Shown piece after piece: positions 27,601 through 40,650 of a DNA stretch of 64,000 nt. Each line of letters opens with the position of its first letter. Position 1 is the first letter of the stretch. The position numbers and the translations under genes are program-made. Source of the DNA: Laetmonice hystrix (lineage: Eukaryota); assembly GCA_965235115.1 (NCBI GenBank), contig OZ249439.1, positions 15,066,001 through 15,130,000 on the forward strand, read 5' to 3'. The notes beneath the pieces were generated by a model. That model was given only the letters and a program-made list of their open reading frames with translations, was not told where the DNA came from and did not search any database.

Positions 27601-28600
27601 ACCCGGACGCAATAAAGCGTACAGCCTGGGTGCAATCGTTTTCCTTCAAGTCCTTCGCCGCAGGGAAACGACCATGCTACCGGAGAGAAATCGTGCTTCA
27701 TTGACCTAATCATTTAAAAGTGCTACACTGCCGCACATTTACAAACATTTGACGGCCACGCGGGACACATTAGGGGGATATAACATGCGCGGGACTTCGA
27801 CGCGCTATGACAACGACGCTTGGACTGAAAGGAGCACACCACATAGGGCATGTAGCCCACTGACTCGATCACTGTCTGGTTGGCAGGACTGAATTTACTT
27901 CCCATAGTGCATACTACCGAACGTCAGGCTGAAGTGGCTACCAAAACAAGTCTTAAGGGAGGCATTTACAGCGGAGCAAAGGCCGTCGACGGATTAGCTG
28001 TACGCCTTCGTTTCCCCACTATGTATTTAGGTTGTCGAAGCCCTTCCTTCCCCCCGATCCTGGAGAAAACGCATACCTATCCGAGCTGCCTTTCTGTCTC
28101 ACGCCATTGGGGGCCAAGCAGCAAGAAGGCACCCCCTTTAACTCCTTGCCCGTTAGAATGTTGCAGCCGTCGATGTTCTCTGAGCGGGTAACATCCGACT
28201 AGATTAGGCAGCACAGGCTTGCGTGTTGGCGTCGTGAAGACGGCCGCCAGGACTGCACCTTCAACAGGAAGACCACTGACGGTCGGGGCTAAACGGACTT
28301 GACACAGCCAGCGCACACTTCTTTAGCCACCTTTAATCATGCAAGTAGGTACGCGACGATCATCAGGGACTGGCAGAGCCAAGTGAAGGGCTCAAATTGG
28401 TTTTCTCCTTTTTCCCCCGTAAAGTAGTTTACCTCCACAGGATTTCTGGGGTCAAGAGAGCGCTCTGCATATAAACACAAGACTTGGAGACAGTATTTAT
28501 ATCAGAACGAAAACAAATGGGCAATATTGCGTTTCTTAGTACTAGGAGTGAGGGAGAGAATTTAAAGTAGATGATTCAGGGGGAACTGGGAGAGGGCCAA

Positions 28601-28761
28601 CAGGGCCGTATCCGGAGTCTAAAGATGATTCAGACAAGTATGTGACTCTAGGGGTATAGTTCTATCAATCAGAAAAGGACGACTGCTTGCTAAAAAAAAA
28701 ACACTTTTCCTGAAATAACCGGGGGTGAGGATCCTGCCCCCTTGCCACCTATACGGTCCTG
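28601..28761. mobile_element. Possible decayed hAT-like MITE
   Basis: 11-bp TIR cagggccgtat / atacggtcctg (1 mismatch) with CAG...CTG ends; no target-site duplication visible. Confidence 0.35.
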
Positions 28762-31700
28762 GTATAAATATATATACATGTACAATGTACTCTTCTTCTC
28801 AAGATTGAAAACCCCCTATTTATAACAGTTAAGACTGAGACCTCGTTTGTTTCAAGGATATGGCTGCCGAATATATCTTTGATATCTTTAAACACACCGA
28901 TTTTACACGATTGCTTATGCAGCTGTATGAATGATTGAAGCTTTCGTAAGAAAAACAGCAGATCTCTTCACTATACGGTATTAAAAATCGTTTTAATAAT
29001 TGCGAGGACTAAGAACTGTGAGAAGTGAGTTGCGAACAGTGGGACCAGGGAGGGATGGGAACGCTGCCTGCGTTCTATTAGACGTGAATCTGATTAATCG
29101 TCACGTTCTGATGAATTGAAGCAATAATTAGAAATATTCTCCACCCTCGAGAGGATGTCAAGAAAAGCTGCGATGATCAGGGCGGGGTGAGAAAAGGCAT
29201 CCGGATTTAACCATGTATATTACTACCGTCAGAAGGCGGCTAGCTTGTCCCGGCTCCCCGGTTCAGGTCACATGATTCTCCCGATGTCCTTGGTATATGC
29301 GGTCTGGGGTATAATATCGAGACCCTCGTGGTAACATTCCACCAAATCTGATCGGAAGAAGATCAAATCTGCCCCAATTTTTAGCTGTACCAAATACCAA
29401 GCCCATGACCCGGTCCGAAGAGATAGCCATACCTAGCCATGTCCATAATCTTGTCTACCCACAATATAGTTTACTGTGAGAGAATAACCCAAAATGCCCC
29501 CCATAAACCAGCCAGAAGACTGCTCCAATAGCCAGGATATCTTTACGTGAACTTGGTGTCTGCCACATGAAATTATACGACCACCGGTACGGGCTGACCG
29601 TGGCCGGGAGGGGAGGGAGTTAAAGAGACGGGCGTGGCTATGATTGAGGGCGACCAGTGGCCCGGGGGATGAGAGAAATCCTCCGCCAGAGGGCAGCTCG
29701 AGCCCACTCTCCCGGCCCGAGGATCGATGTCGCCGAGAAGACAGCGTGGGTCACCGAGAAAATCCTTTCCCCGTCCGCGCCTATCAAGTGAGACACAAAG
29801 CTGACCCTATCCCCGCCAGAGAGTGTCTGCGGGCGCCTCCGGACCTGGACATGGCGCCGTCCTCGGTCTGCGCTGTGATTGGTGATATCGGCCATCGACC
29901 AACCACCTTCCTAGAATATACCATTATCTACGATATTCAGGTCTTTGTACACGCCATACTAATATACATCGATATCCTTAACGTCAACAATGATTACCCC
30001 CCCCCCTCCACCCAATTAGTCTTATGTTTGACGTTATCTATGCTTCTATCCCCTACTTAGTAAACTTTTACTCTCTTGCTATACATAATTGTAGCTTTAA
30101 AAATCATTATTTAAACCGTTTGCAACCCCATATTATGAGGGGCTGGCATCTTCCCCCTGATGTTGGAAAGTGGTCCATTATCAATATTGACTTCATTACC
30201 CTTTCGAAGAGAAATAGTAACTGTCTTTATGACTGACAGGGGGCATTCATCTGATTCGCTCTCCTGCCGAGTGAAATAAATGATTCAAAATCAAAGTCAA
30301 AGTCATAACTGAAGGCTGAAGGCATGTCAACTGAAGGCATGTCAAGAGGGATATTAGAACATACGTCAGTTTGCCTTGTCCCTTTATGTCATGGTCTGCA
30401 CATGCGCTAACAACAATCCCATGCGACAGAGCGTCTTTCCACGCCATGGCCTCCGACCGGAACAGGAGACACAATATAGGGTCCGCTGCTCAAATACACC
30501 AGCGTATTGGCATGCAACAGTTCTCTCAATCAATAGTTAAAAAAAAAGAACAAAGTAGGCCTACATGGTATTCATGCATGTAATTATAACGTCATGAGAG
30601 AGATGCTTCCATTAAACCTTGTGATATATGGTCCAAAACATGAGATAGGCCAGTGTCTCACATCTAGCAAAGACACCAAGAATCAGAGGCTGAGCCCAGA
30701 ACACCAGGGCAACAAATTGAGGACCGAAAACCTCTGAACGTTAGGGAACCGGTGAGTATCTGACACACTTCTCCTAGAATTAAACGGCTTCGTTTCAGTT
30801 CTTATTTCCTCCAAGAATCCAATCTGCCTCCACGAACCAAACTGAGCCGATGTGAGATTTCCTAAAACCTGCGTGGATGCCAAGATCTCCTTAATATCTG
30901 ACGGTCCTTGGCGCTGATACCGCTCAATGGGGCGTGAGGGACACGGAGGAGATTTAAAGCCACCAGGATATGGCCGCAATGCCAGCAGCAGGAGTTTGAC
31001 ACTAGCCTGACTTAGAGATTACTCTAGAGTGTCCACGAGTTCAAGACTAGTCCATCATCACAACCACCATCAGTGTGGATCAGAACCAGCTCGTTTATAA
31101 ACATCAGAGCAGATCAGCCCCACCTGAATGGTTCTGGCCTATGTTCACTATGGTTTAGCACCACTTGATTACAGATCAGTATTATTGTAGTTATGGATCA
31201 ACACTCCTTAGGCATAGATCAACACCATGTTAACTTTCGATCCGCACCTCTTTAATCATATTCAGTACCACTTTAATAACGGTTCAGCACCCCTCGAACT
31301 GCGGTTTAGCAGCTCCAAAGTCCCACTTCCCGTACCGCCGGCCCGACGGAACGAATGAAAAGAAAATCTTGTCAAGAGCTATCCATAACGTTAAACGGTA
31401 TGTCAGATGCTCTTAACCTGCTTATTTTCTTTATGCGCATGCATACCCTCTACCGTATGATGTTAAAATCTACTTGTAAAACTAACCTAAAATACTTATA
31501 CACACATACCAAAGTATTTGATATATTGACACTGCATATCTCGGAGTAAGCCTCCAACCTTAATCTGGTAAATCTGAGCCCCGCGAAAGTCCCGGGAGGA
31601 TTAAATTATGCATAATCTGTCTGAGTAGTGTGTAACATGTTAGACAGTGTAACTATAACGGATGGAAGGGGGAGATCCCGTTCGTATGTACCTTCTATAG

Positions 31701-32699
31701 CCGTAACACGCGTGGGAACCGACTCTACACCCAGCAGGTGAGCAGCAGCCCGAACCTGACTTCCTGCAGTGATGAGGTACTGGAGATCAGTAGCCGTGAC
31801 TGGCCTGCACCTCGGTCAGTGAGGTGGGGTGTTATTCAACTGACGTTCCTGTCAGTGGCATGCAGATATTTTCTGTTTAACACCCATACTTTGGTCAAAG
31901 TCTGCGGAGTCTGGAGCTCATCAATATCCTACAATAAAATAAAGTTTCTAGCTTGGTGCTGTTAATTTATATATTTTCATATTTTTGAATTATTTTTATA
32001 ATCTCGTATAACTGCAAGATGCCCCTTCCTATACATTGATTGGAGCGTGTGCCGTTAGAGGTGTTATTGTACTAGAAACAGTTACGTTGCCTTTCAACTA
32101 ACTATCTCTCTCCGAGACATGACATTTCTCTTATTTCTCTTTTACTTTTAAAGATGACCTTGTTTTTGCCACTGTGTGCTGCTTTGTAGAGTTAAATCAA
32201 AGGAATCGGGCTGCATAAAGACTAATGTCTATTGACATCCCGCACCTCCCCGTCCTAGGACCCACCACGGAACCTTTGCTAACACCCAGGCCCTCAGTCC
32301 CACCTCTTGTTCAGTAGTTGAGGCGGGTTGTGTTTACCTGTGTCGACGTTCGCAGACGTATCTGTGAATATTCTCTTAATAACCATAGCTCCTTGTTGTG
32401 TGACCTACAACAGGCCTAGATTCAAGGTGATTTCATTTTGTAGCTTCCACAATGGCCAGAGAAAACAATCCCTAATTTCCAAAGTGTAGGGACAGTGTTC
32501 CCGGATATAGTTGGCGGCCAATAATGTGAATCATCTCCTCGCCATCCGAGTTAAAAACTTCGCTACTACGTTACTCTCCGTCCTCGGGAGGCGTTATGTA
32601 ATTATTGAACGCCCCCCACCACCACCACCACCACCACACACACACATCTCCTGGGAGACGTCAGAGGACCAGTCAGACAGTATCTGCTACCATCTCAAG

Positions 32700-32860
32700 G
32701 ATGCTCATCATCTCAGTGAAATCTCAGTGTGTACCGAAGGCATCCATCACCGAACCCTTATCCACCACGGCCCACAGACTGTTGAAAAACATCATGAGGT
32801 AAGGCACTTTTTTCGGTGAGGGAGCCTACTATTCTGGGCTCCCTATAGCTCGCCCATCGA
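32700..32860 (+). mobile_element. Possible highly decayed L2/CR1-group LINE 3' fragment
   Basis: Frameshifted peptides HLSEI..RTL and FFGEGAY loosely resemble L2 ORF2 C-terminal motifs (YLSxL..RxLRS, FGxRAF). Weak. Confidence 0.2.
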
Positions 32861-33275
32861 CATGAATCCGCGACAATCCTGTAGGCAGTTAAAACATAAT
32901 CCATGCTCATGGAAGTACGGCACTTCTCAATGCTAACCGATGGTTCTTCGACATCAGATCACACATCAGCCTCAATAATGTATAGTCGCACTGCCAGCGC
33001 GCCTGGGCAGAGATCGCCTGCAGAGACGTCGTCTAAACCGTAAAGATGTGTTATAAAGCAGATGTTACATACTCTCCTTGAGCTGTGGATTTATCATGAG
33101 GCTCAAACTGCCGCATTATACATAATGCAGCTGTTAATTCGGAGATCTCTGGGGCAATCTCTCAAAAAAGCCAAGCTAGATATTGCCCTTTTAAATTGCC
33201 CATTTTGTGCTGCGTGATGCCGTAAGAAATACGAGTACATGTGTCTTACGACAAAAGTAACGCGTATTTCTAAAT

Positions 33276-33457
33276 GAAAGTCAGATCATAATGTATCATA
33301 AAGGAAAGTCAGAGCATAATGTACCATTAAGGAAAGTCAGAGCATAATGTATCAGAAAGGAAAGTCAGTGCATAATGTATCATGGAGGAAAGTCAGAGCA
33401 TAATATATCAAAGGAGATCAGAGCATATGTATCAAACGAAAGCCAGAGCGTATATCC
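33276..33457. repeat. Degenerate minisatellite, about 7 copies of 28 bp
   Basis: Consensus gaaagtcagagcataatgtatcataaag; period 28 for the first five copies, decaying to the right. Confidence 0.9.
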
Positions 33458-34897
33458 AACCCGCAGTTTACGACGGCATTATCCGTCAACGCTGCTTCTT
33501 CAACTACACTCGATTTCACTCTAACTTCCCATCTGGAAGCAATAAATAGGACATAAAATGTGAATGTCCATCAAAATATGAGGCTACGTATGCATGCTTA
33601 TATCTCCTCATGGGACTTTAATTCACTCGGGCCCTTTTATCTAGCCTGGTGTAACGTTTACTGGTCAGGATAAAATGTATAGGTCTGTACACATATAATT
33701 GTACGATGGACCCCCACCGGGGGGGGGGGGGGTAGGGTTTACACAAGCTTAATGCGTCGAACCTATCTTTTTACTATATATTAAAGTCGTCTGGGGGATT
33801 TAACCGAGAATGATATGATGTTCTAATCAAGTTTAGCCTAAAACACATTCAAAATGGTATATAATATACATGTTGTGGTTTTTAACGGACGGTGTACTTT
33901 TTAAGATAGATTCTTTCAAAAGAAAGGGTTTACGCCACTTCCAGCGGATAGGACGCTGGTCGAGGCATTGGGTGATAAGGACAGAATCTATCTCTGAATC
34001 GTTCACAATGTAATTTAACGTGTTGGCTACAGCGGATAAAATCTACTCCTGATTGCATTTTATGTATTCTTAGTTTCATGACAAATTATGATCGTTGTAG
34101 GGGACACTTCGCCTAGCGGGATGTAGATAGGAAGGGAAGCCGAGCGGCATGCAGAGCTATACGCCAGGCCGTAATTTAATCCATTATCTGCCCAAATCAA
34201 ACTGGGGTCCTTGGCGATTACAAACCCTTTAATCGCGAGACCCGGGGAGGTTTATCGTCTCACTAGGTGGCGCTCGACTGACGGTCTCCCCCGTTCCAAA
34301 CCAATCCCGACTGAAGATGACAGGTATTGGTGTTGGAAGATGTCAAAACGCCATGTGGGTTGGCTCTCGCTTCCATCACAATAGGTAAGTGAGAACGCGC
34401 CAGGTAGCCCGACAGGTTTGATAGATCTGGCCATCATCATTTAGAATATGAATTGAGCGCAACAATGGAAGTAAGCACATTATATGGGCGCTGTAGATTC
34501 ATTTACCGTGGAATGTCGCCCATTGAATCCAGCTACTAAAACGCTACTATCCCCTCACTGATGAAGAGTAGAATGGCTATTACGGAGTCCATAGTTCATG
34601 TATGGATGTTTAGCTGGTGTTTGTGTTAAGGTATGTGGACGAACGTGCTCGGATGGGATTGAGGGGTAAGTATTGTGGGGCCCTATAATTATATTTGTGT
34701 TTCCATAAAATAGTTCCAAAGTACCTCTCATGATTTCTACAGACTAATGATTAGAGTATAGCTATAGAGAATTTCCAAGCATTATTCCATATCAATACAT
34801 CACGGGCACTATAAAACCGTGAACACTTACTACCTATAATAGGCTATATGCAGGCGCTATAACCACACCACATGGAACCTGAGTTTTCTCTATCATT

Positions 34898-35051
34898 GTC
34901 GGATCTAGAGGGTTAGGGGGTTTAACCCCACTAGGCGGCCATTTTTTTCTTTTTCTTCTATTGAACTTGCTGAATTGACCATGCTCACCCCCCAAGCAAA
35001 TTCTCCCCCTTAACCCTCCTCCCCCTTACCAAAATGCTGGATCCGCTCCTG
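34898..35051. mobile_element. GGATCC-type G/C-run MITE remnant
   Basis: Left gtcggatctagagg, right ctggatccgctcctg, internal G and C runs; same architecture as 50657-50916 and 60612-60728. Confidence 0.45.
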
Positions 35052-36544
35052 TCTAGGGACGATTTGTTTCTGATTCCAGTCCAACTGTATATGCAATCGT
35101 TCACAGATTATACTTTGCATTCCTCCATCTGTATCGGCTGAGGAGGACTCGAGCCAGACTCTGCGGGACGGTTTGGGCGACATTAAGGACATGTTTTCCC
35201 TGGACAATCTGGGTAAATATTTCACAATTATCTGGACTGGCGGAGAGCCTACATGGACGGGCAGGCGCGCTCGCTTGCGTTCTGTATGCTCTCACCGACT
35301 TCAATCGTTAAACACTGAAGGAGAGTGGGGGACAAGTAAATAGACACGAACCACACAAATTAACGGAGTATTTGATGGTTTACTTCCTGTCACAACCAGT
35401 GATGTAGAAACGTGCATAATACCGACTGCTTACAAGAAGATGGATAACGCCTCATTTCCATTGGTATTTCGTTCTGCCTATATCATTGGCCAACATTTAG
35501 AAAAGCTGCCCTACGTTTACGCATAATGTCATAAAGGTGCTTAATCGTTCACGCAATGCAAATTGAGCAATGCTTCACAGTAGAAGGTGGCAGACGTATT
35601 TCTCAGAGGAAGTGCCCCTGATATCAGAACACAGGAGCCTTTGATGAGAAGATAATTATTTTCCTAATGTTCTGAGCTCAGCCGAAGCAGGTGTCTCAGT
35701 AGTTTGTGCGATTGTAGTGAATGGCGGGCGGTTTGTGCCAACACCCCCCGCCACCCGCACTCATCCATGAGGGGGGTATTATATGGAACGTCACAATTAA
35801 GTTGGATTTGGCTAGTTTCGGGGAATACGCCGCTTGGCGGCAATGGTTAAAGCAATGGGCCAAGCTTTACGACCCCCCCCCCCCCCCCCTCCACCACCCC
35901 CACCACCACCACCAAGCATATTGCGATTATTATTGCGCAGATTATTTCTCGCACTGAATAAGTCTGAATATATAGCCTCAAAATAGTTTTAACTGATTTC
36001 TTTACATGCTCACAACAGTGCGCTATTCCCTGTAAATGGATCTTATCGTATTATAAGTATTATCGTACTAAAGGATAACACCACCTTCACTCCATGATTA
36101 ACTGATCACATTCACGCCCTCGGAGGGTAAATACAAGAGAATAACATGATGGGTCTCAGTCGGTTCCCAGCTCCTGGCACTGACATTTAATATGTTATAT
36201 ATTATAATGTCCCATTTTGTATTAGGGTCCAATTATGGCCCATATAGTGTAATTGTATCCATAAATGTGTTTCTACGTATCAGGCAGAGTATAGGCATAT
36301 ATACCATAACTCCGAAGATCCTAATTCTAAAGTTAGAATAACAGTTGAGCCCCCTCCCCCCTCCCACCCCCACCCCTCGGTGGGTTGTACCGAGCCAGGG
36401 AGAGGGACGGCGAGTAGACAATGCCAGTGCGTTAATGGACCAGCAGTGTGGAGGACAGCCCCCGACTGTGCCGCTGTCGTGATCCTGTTTCTCCAGGAGG
36501 TTTTCTTCATAGATGTGTGTATTTCCATCTATCTCGTTAAACGT

Positions 36545-36797
36545 CGGCACGAGCAAGAGATTGCAACCCCCCCCCCGGCACGAGCAAGAGATTGCAACCC
36601 CCCCCCCCCCGGCACGAGCAAGAGATTGCAACCCCCCCCCCCCCCGGCACGAGCAAGAGATTGCACCCCTCCCCCCGGCACGAGCAAGAGATTGCACCCC
36701 CCCCGGCACGAGCAAGAGATTGCACCCCTCCCCCCGGCACGAGCAAGACATTGCACCCCCCCCCGCCACGAGCAAGAGATTGCACCCCCCCCCCCCC
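36545..36797. repeat. Minisatellite, 8 copies: 20-bp core GGCACGAGCAAGAGATTGCA plus variable C tract (about 8-14 nt)
   Basis: Core counted 8 times with 2 point variants; the tracts differ in length. Confidence 0.96.
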
Positions 36798-37097
36798 AAT
36801 GTTTTAACACATTGCTTCAGGTCACTTCGCCAAAACAAAATGACTACTCGAAAACAAAATCTCGCTCGATGAAGAGAAATACTACAGATTCTTCAACTGC
36901 TAGTCTATATTAACTCTTCATTTGACGCGAACTTGGTAGCAAGTATCAATAAGTACTAACGTTGGAGGTATCACGTCTTGTGTACATATATCTAGCATTA
37001 TGTGCATGGAATTTAAAGTATAACTAAAGTCGCCGGACAGACAGATGACCAGAGAAAGCTATTTTTGAACTTGAACTTGTTCCCAAGTAAAATAGAG

Positions 37098-37766
37098 GAA
37101 GCCTTGTTCCGGCTAGATATGTCCGAACGGCTAGTTATGTCCGAGAGGATATATGTCCGAAAATATCAGCTAGATATGTCCGGTAACCCGGATATGTCTG
37201 CAAATATCAGCTAGATATGTCCGGTAATCCGGATCTGTCCGCAAATATCAACTAGAGGGTAGGGTTCACTAGTCCGAAAGTTCACTAGTCCGAGGGTTCA
37301 CTAGTCCGAAGTGGACAATAGGCAACCCTAACCCAAAAACCAAATATAACTAACCCTAAACCTAACCTTAACTCTAACCCATATAGGGGATTGGTCTGTC
37401 GCACCACTGGGCTGTCGGACTAACGCCCCCCTGAGGTTAACCCCCTATTTGCCCCATGTTCCTCTGCCATTGCCTACTGTCAACTTTGGACTAGTGAACC
37501 CTCGGACTAGTGGCCCTCCGGACTAGTAGGTAGTTCCCCAGCTGGATGTGTCCGGTAATCTGGATATGTCCACAAATGTCAGCTAGATATGTCCGGTAAT
37601 CTGGATATGTCCGCAAATGTCAGCTAGATGTGTCCGGTACCGGACACATCTAGCTGATATTTGCGGACATATCCATTTCTTCGGACATATCTAGCTGATG
37701 TTTGCGGACATATCTCCTATCGGACATAACTAGCCGTTCGGACGTATCTAGCCGGAACAAGCCTTC
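37098..37766. mobile_element. Foldback/MITE-like element with modular TIRs and inverted 41-bp subrepeats (outer element)
   Basis: Left gaagccttgttccggctagatatgtccgaacggctagttatgtccga is the reverse complement (2 mismatches) of the right end. The 41-bp units cagctagatatgtccggtaatccggatatgtccgcaaatat switch orientation at a perfect 38-bp palindrome (37620-37657). No clear TSD. Confidence 0.85.
37256..37539. mobile_element. Nested MITE with about 65-bp TIRs and a telomere-like (CCCTAA)n core
   Basis: Arms 37262-37325 and 37470-37539 are inverted, each with three ACTAGTCC motifs at 16-bp spacing. aaccctaaccc...aaccctaaacctaaccttaactctaaccc lies at 37324-37380. It interrupts one 41-bp unit of the outer element. 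Confidence 0.85.
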
Positions 37767-40650
37767 ACTTATAGACTTGTGCCACCTTCCAATCCGCCCA
37801 CCTGAATGTAATGCGTCTTGCTGTACGTAGTTTGGAGACAGCCGCCTATCTGCCGACGTAAGCTTGTACATTATTCGCCGGCCAGATTAACCATGTGATA
37901 ATTCGCCGACATCAATGAACACCAGACACCTAACAGGGATTATCGAGCGCCATGCAGCTAATGCTTTCCATGCCTCTTTCAGTGTTGATGGCTGAATCAA
38001 TGAAGTGCATACCTACTTACGCTGCTAATTTCGTACTCCTTTCCCGTTTGTGGTTTACGCGTGAAGCGCCAACGCAGTTATTGTGGTCTTTCTCAATAAA
38101 GATGTCAATCAAAACTAGATATTTTGTTTTCGTTTAGTAAGCAATGCTAAAATTATCACTGGTCGCCTATCTTTGTCTATCGCTTGATTGGGTCAAACAA
38201 AACACACGTTCTCGAAGGATTAATTGATAGCCAATATATCTTAAGAAAACTGCACACTCCTTAGTTTGATGAAAATATAGTTGTATTTCTTTTACCATAA
38301 TGCTGGGATATTTGTTCATGCAGATATTCATTAAAAAGACGAAAGAGAAGCGGCCTGGGTAGCCTTGTATACAGCTGCATGGTTCGCTGCTATAGACGGA
38401 CAGCCGGACTGACGGCAGCGCGTCAACCTCGGCTAGTACTTAACACGCCTGTGTGTGGAAGTAGAGGGTACAACCGAGTTTGTCCTGTGGCTTAGATGTA
38501 AATAGCGCTGTAGTCTGGTTTTGTACACAATACATGATATCGCACCTGCATAGGTCTGGTTAAAAGTACATTAAAGTCTCACAGCTCTTATCCTTCAGGC
38601 ACATTACTACTTCGGGAATGCCTTCTGTGGCCCTGTGTAAGATATAGACATGTTCTCGTCCCGATTTTGTCTCCAAGTCCTGCCCCAAAGACACACCTCA
38701 TTCAAATTAGCTCTGTGCTATTTCAGAGACACTCTCGGTCGAATTAAAATGTAGTTGATTGGAATTAGGGATATTACGTATACTCGAGAATGTAACGGTG
38801 GCAATGACAAACAAATATCTTTGAGGAATCTATATGTCTACCAGCACAAAAATCATTTCAACCCGCCTCCAAACTTGTGAAACTTCTTATAATTCTATCA
38901 TGTATAGAAACAAAATCCTAGAAGGAAAGGTCTCTCCTACTCATATATAAATACACTAGTAATATTCATCAAGTGTTTTAAAGCTGAACTTGAAGATCCT
39001 GCCAGCATGGTAAAGTAATGATATCGAGGACATGTAATAGCACTAAAGTGTCACTATACATGACAGCAGGCGAGGATGTCCCCCTTCAGACCGCCAGTAC
39101 ACATATACCTAGGTCTCAGTGCACACTTCGTGTCATGGGTTCAAGGCTATGTGATCTTTTTCTGTACGTGCTGGCAGCACCTAAAGGCTCGATCCCGCAT
39201 AAACATAAGAGAGCTAAATCACTGACCCTTCAATTGAGTGACTGGGCGGCGCTGGCGATCAGCCGGGCCGCGGCGGGTAAGATCAAACAGTGTATCAGTA
39301 TGCACACCATCGTTTCTCTCACGACCGTCGACGGGAGAATCTGCCATGTATTGAACGGACCAACACATAACTGCACCCCATTAATAATAGAAGGTCAGGG
39401 GTCCTTCGCGCCAACAAACGCCCTACGCCCCTTTATGAATACATCACGTAGTGTTGGCTTTATATCTCAAATTCCCCATCCACCAGATAAGAGCTTGTGA
39501 TTTTCTCGCGATTGCGAGTTTAAAGGGTGGAACCGCCGTTGACACCAGGGAGTGATCAGAAAAACCTTGGATGGTTCTACCCTTTAAATATAGAATCGCG
39601 AGAACATTGGGCCCTCTTTATATCCATGTATTCAAGGACTTTATTATTTATCCTTGCTAAACTCAGAAACCATTTCATGTCGGAATAAAGCAGAGAGAAG
39701 ATATTAGCACCAGGAATCCATTACTAAGCGACATTTGAACCCGGCTGTACACCTCAACGTATCCATATGTACAGCCAACCCTCTTTCCCACAAGTATGCA
39801 TGTCATAAAATATGAAACTGCTTTTAAATTAGGGTAAAACATGCAAACCGACGTTTGATTACGCGTTTTATCGAATTGTGATATTCCTGTATGATTGTGA
39901 GATACTTTCTTCTAAGGTTTACGTTCTTCGATTTATTCCTTCGAGCGATGTCCATGACAAAAGAGAGAAATACTACAAAAGAACTCAGAACCCAATGAAG
40001 GTCTTGGGTTTCTCTACTTGCATACAAGTATTGCCCTGATGGTTTACGGACATATCCTTAATTGACCAATGCGGTATCTTTGAATACATATCATTTCTAC
40101 CTATAGAGTCTACTTTTATCTTGATGCCACCACTCCCAGATTTGATTTTCAAATAATTATAATGTGCGCACGCACGCGCACTACATGTAGTACGGCCAAT
40201 GCGTTCTCAAATAAACGGCACATAGACTCGTTTGATAGTTTAAAGCATCACAAATAAATTTATGCTTTAAACTGTGAGAATAGCATTAGCTCATGGCTGC
40301 CTTTATGATACACTTTGTTGCAAGTCGTGCCAAAAAGGAGAGATATTATAATTTTGCAGAGATTAAAAAAAATACCACATTAAATATCACATTAACTTCA
40401 CGTCCTGTGCACATGTTGCAAGCTGAAGGTTTTTTTAGGAACTGACACAGAAGAACACTGTTAACGTGCAAGTTCCTGAATGCAGTATGCAATTCGCTGA
40501 GTTTACTCAAATAATTATAACTTCTGTTTTTATGAAAATGGGGCAGTTTACGGTTTGCCTACAAGCTGGTGTAGTCTATACTGGGCTATCTAAGGCACAT
40601 CCATCTATGAATGCCACTAATGAACATCATGACTATGGATAATGACTTAC

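Larger units (their letters stand above)
5445..40650 (-). other. First coding intron of the GABA-B receptor gene (35,206 bp, GT-AG, phase 0)
   Basis: Donor AAG|gtaagt at 40650 and acceptor ttcag| at 5445. The flanking peptides join without a gap, so no constitutive exon is needed between them. Confidence 0.9.
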
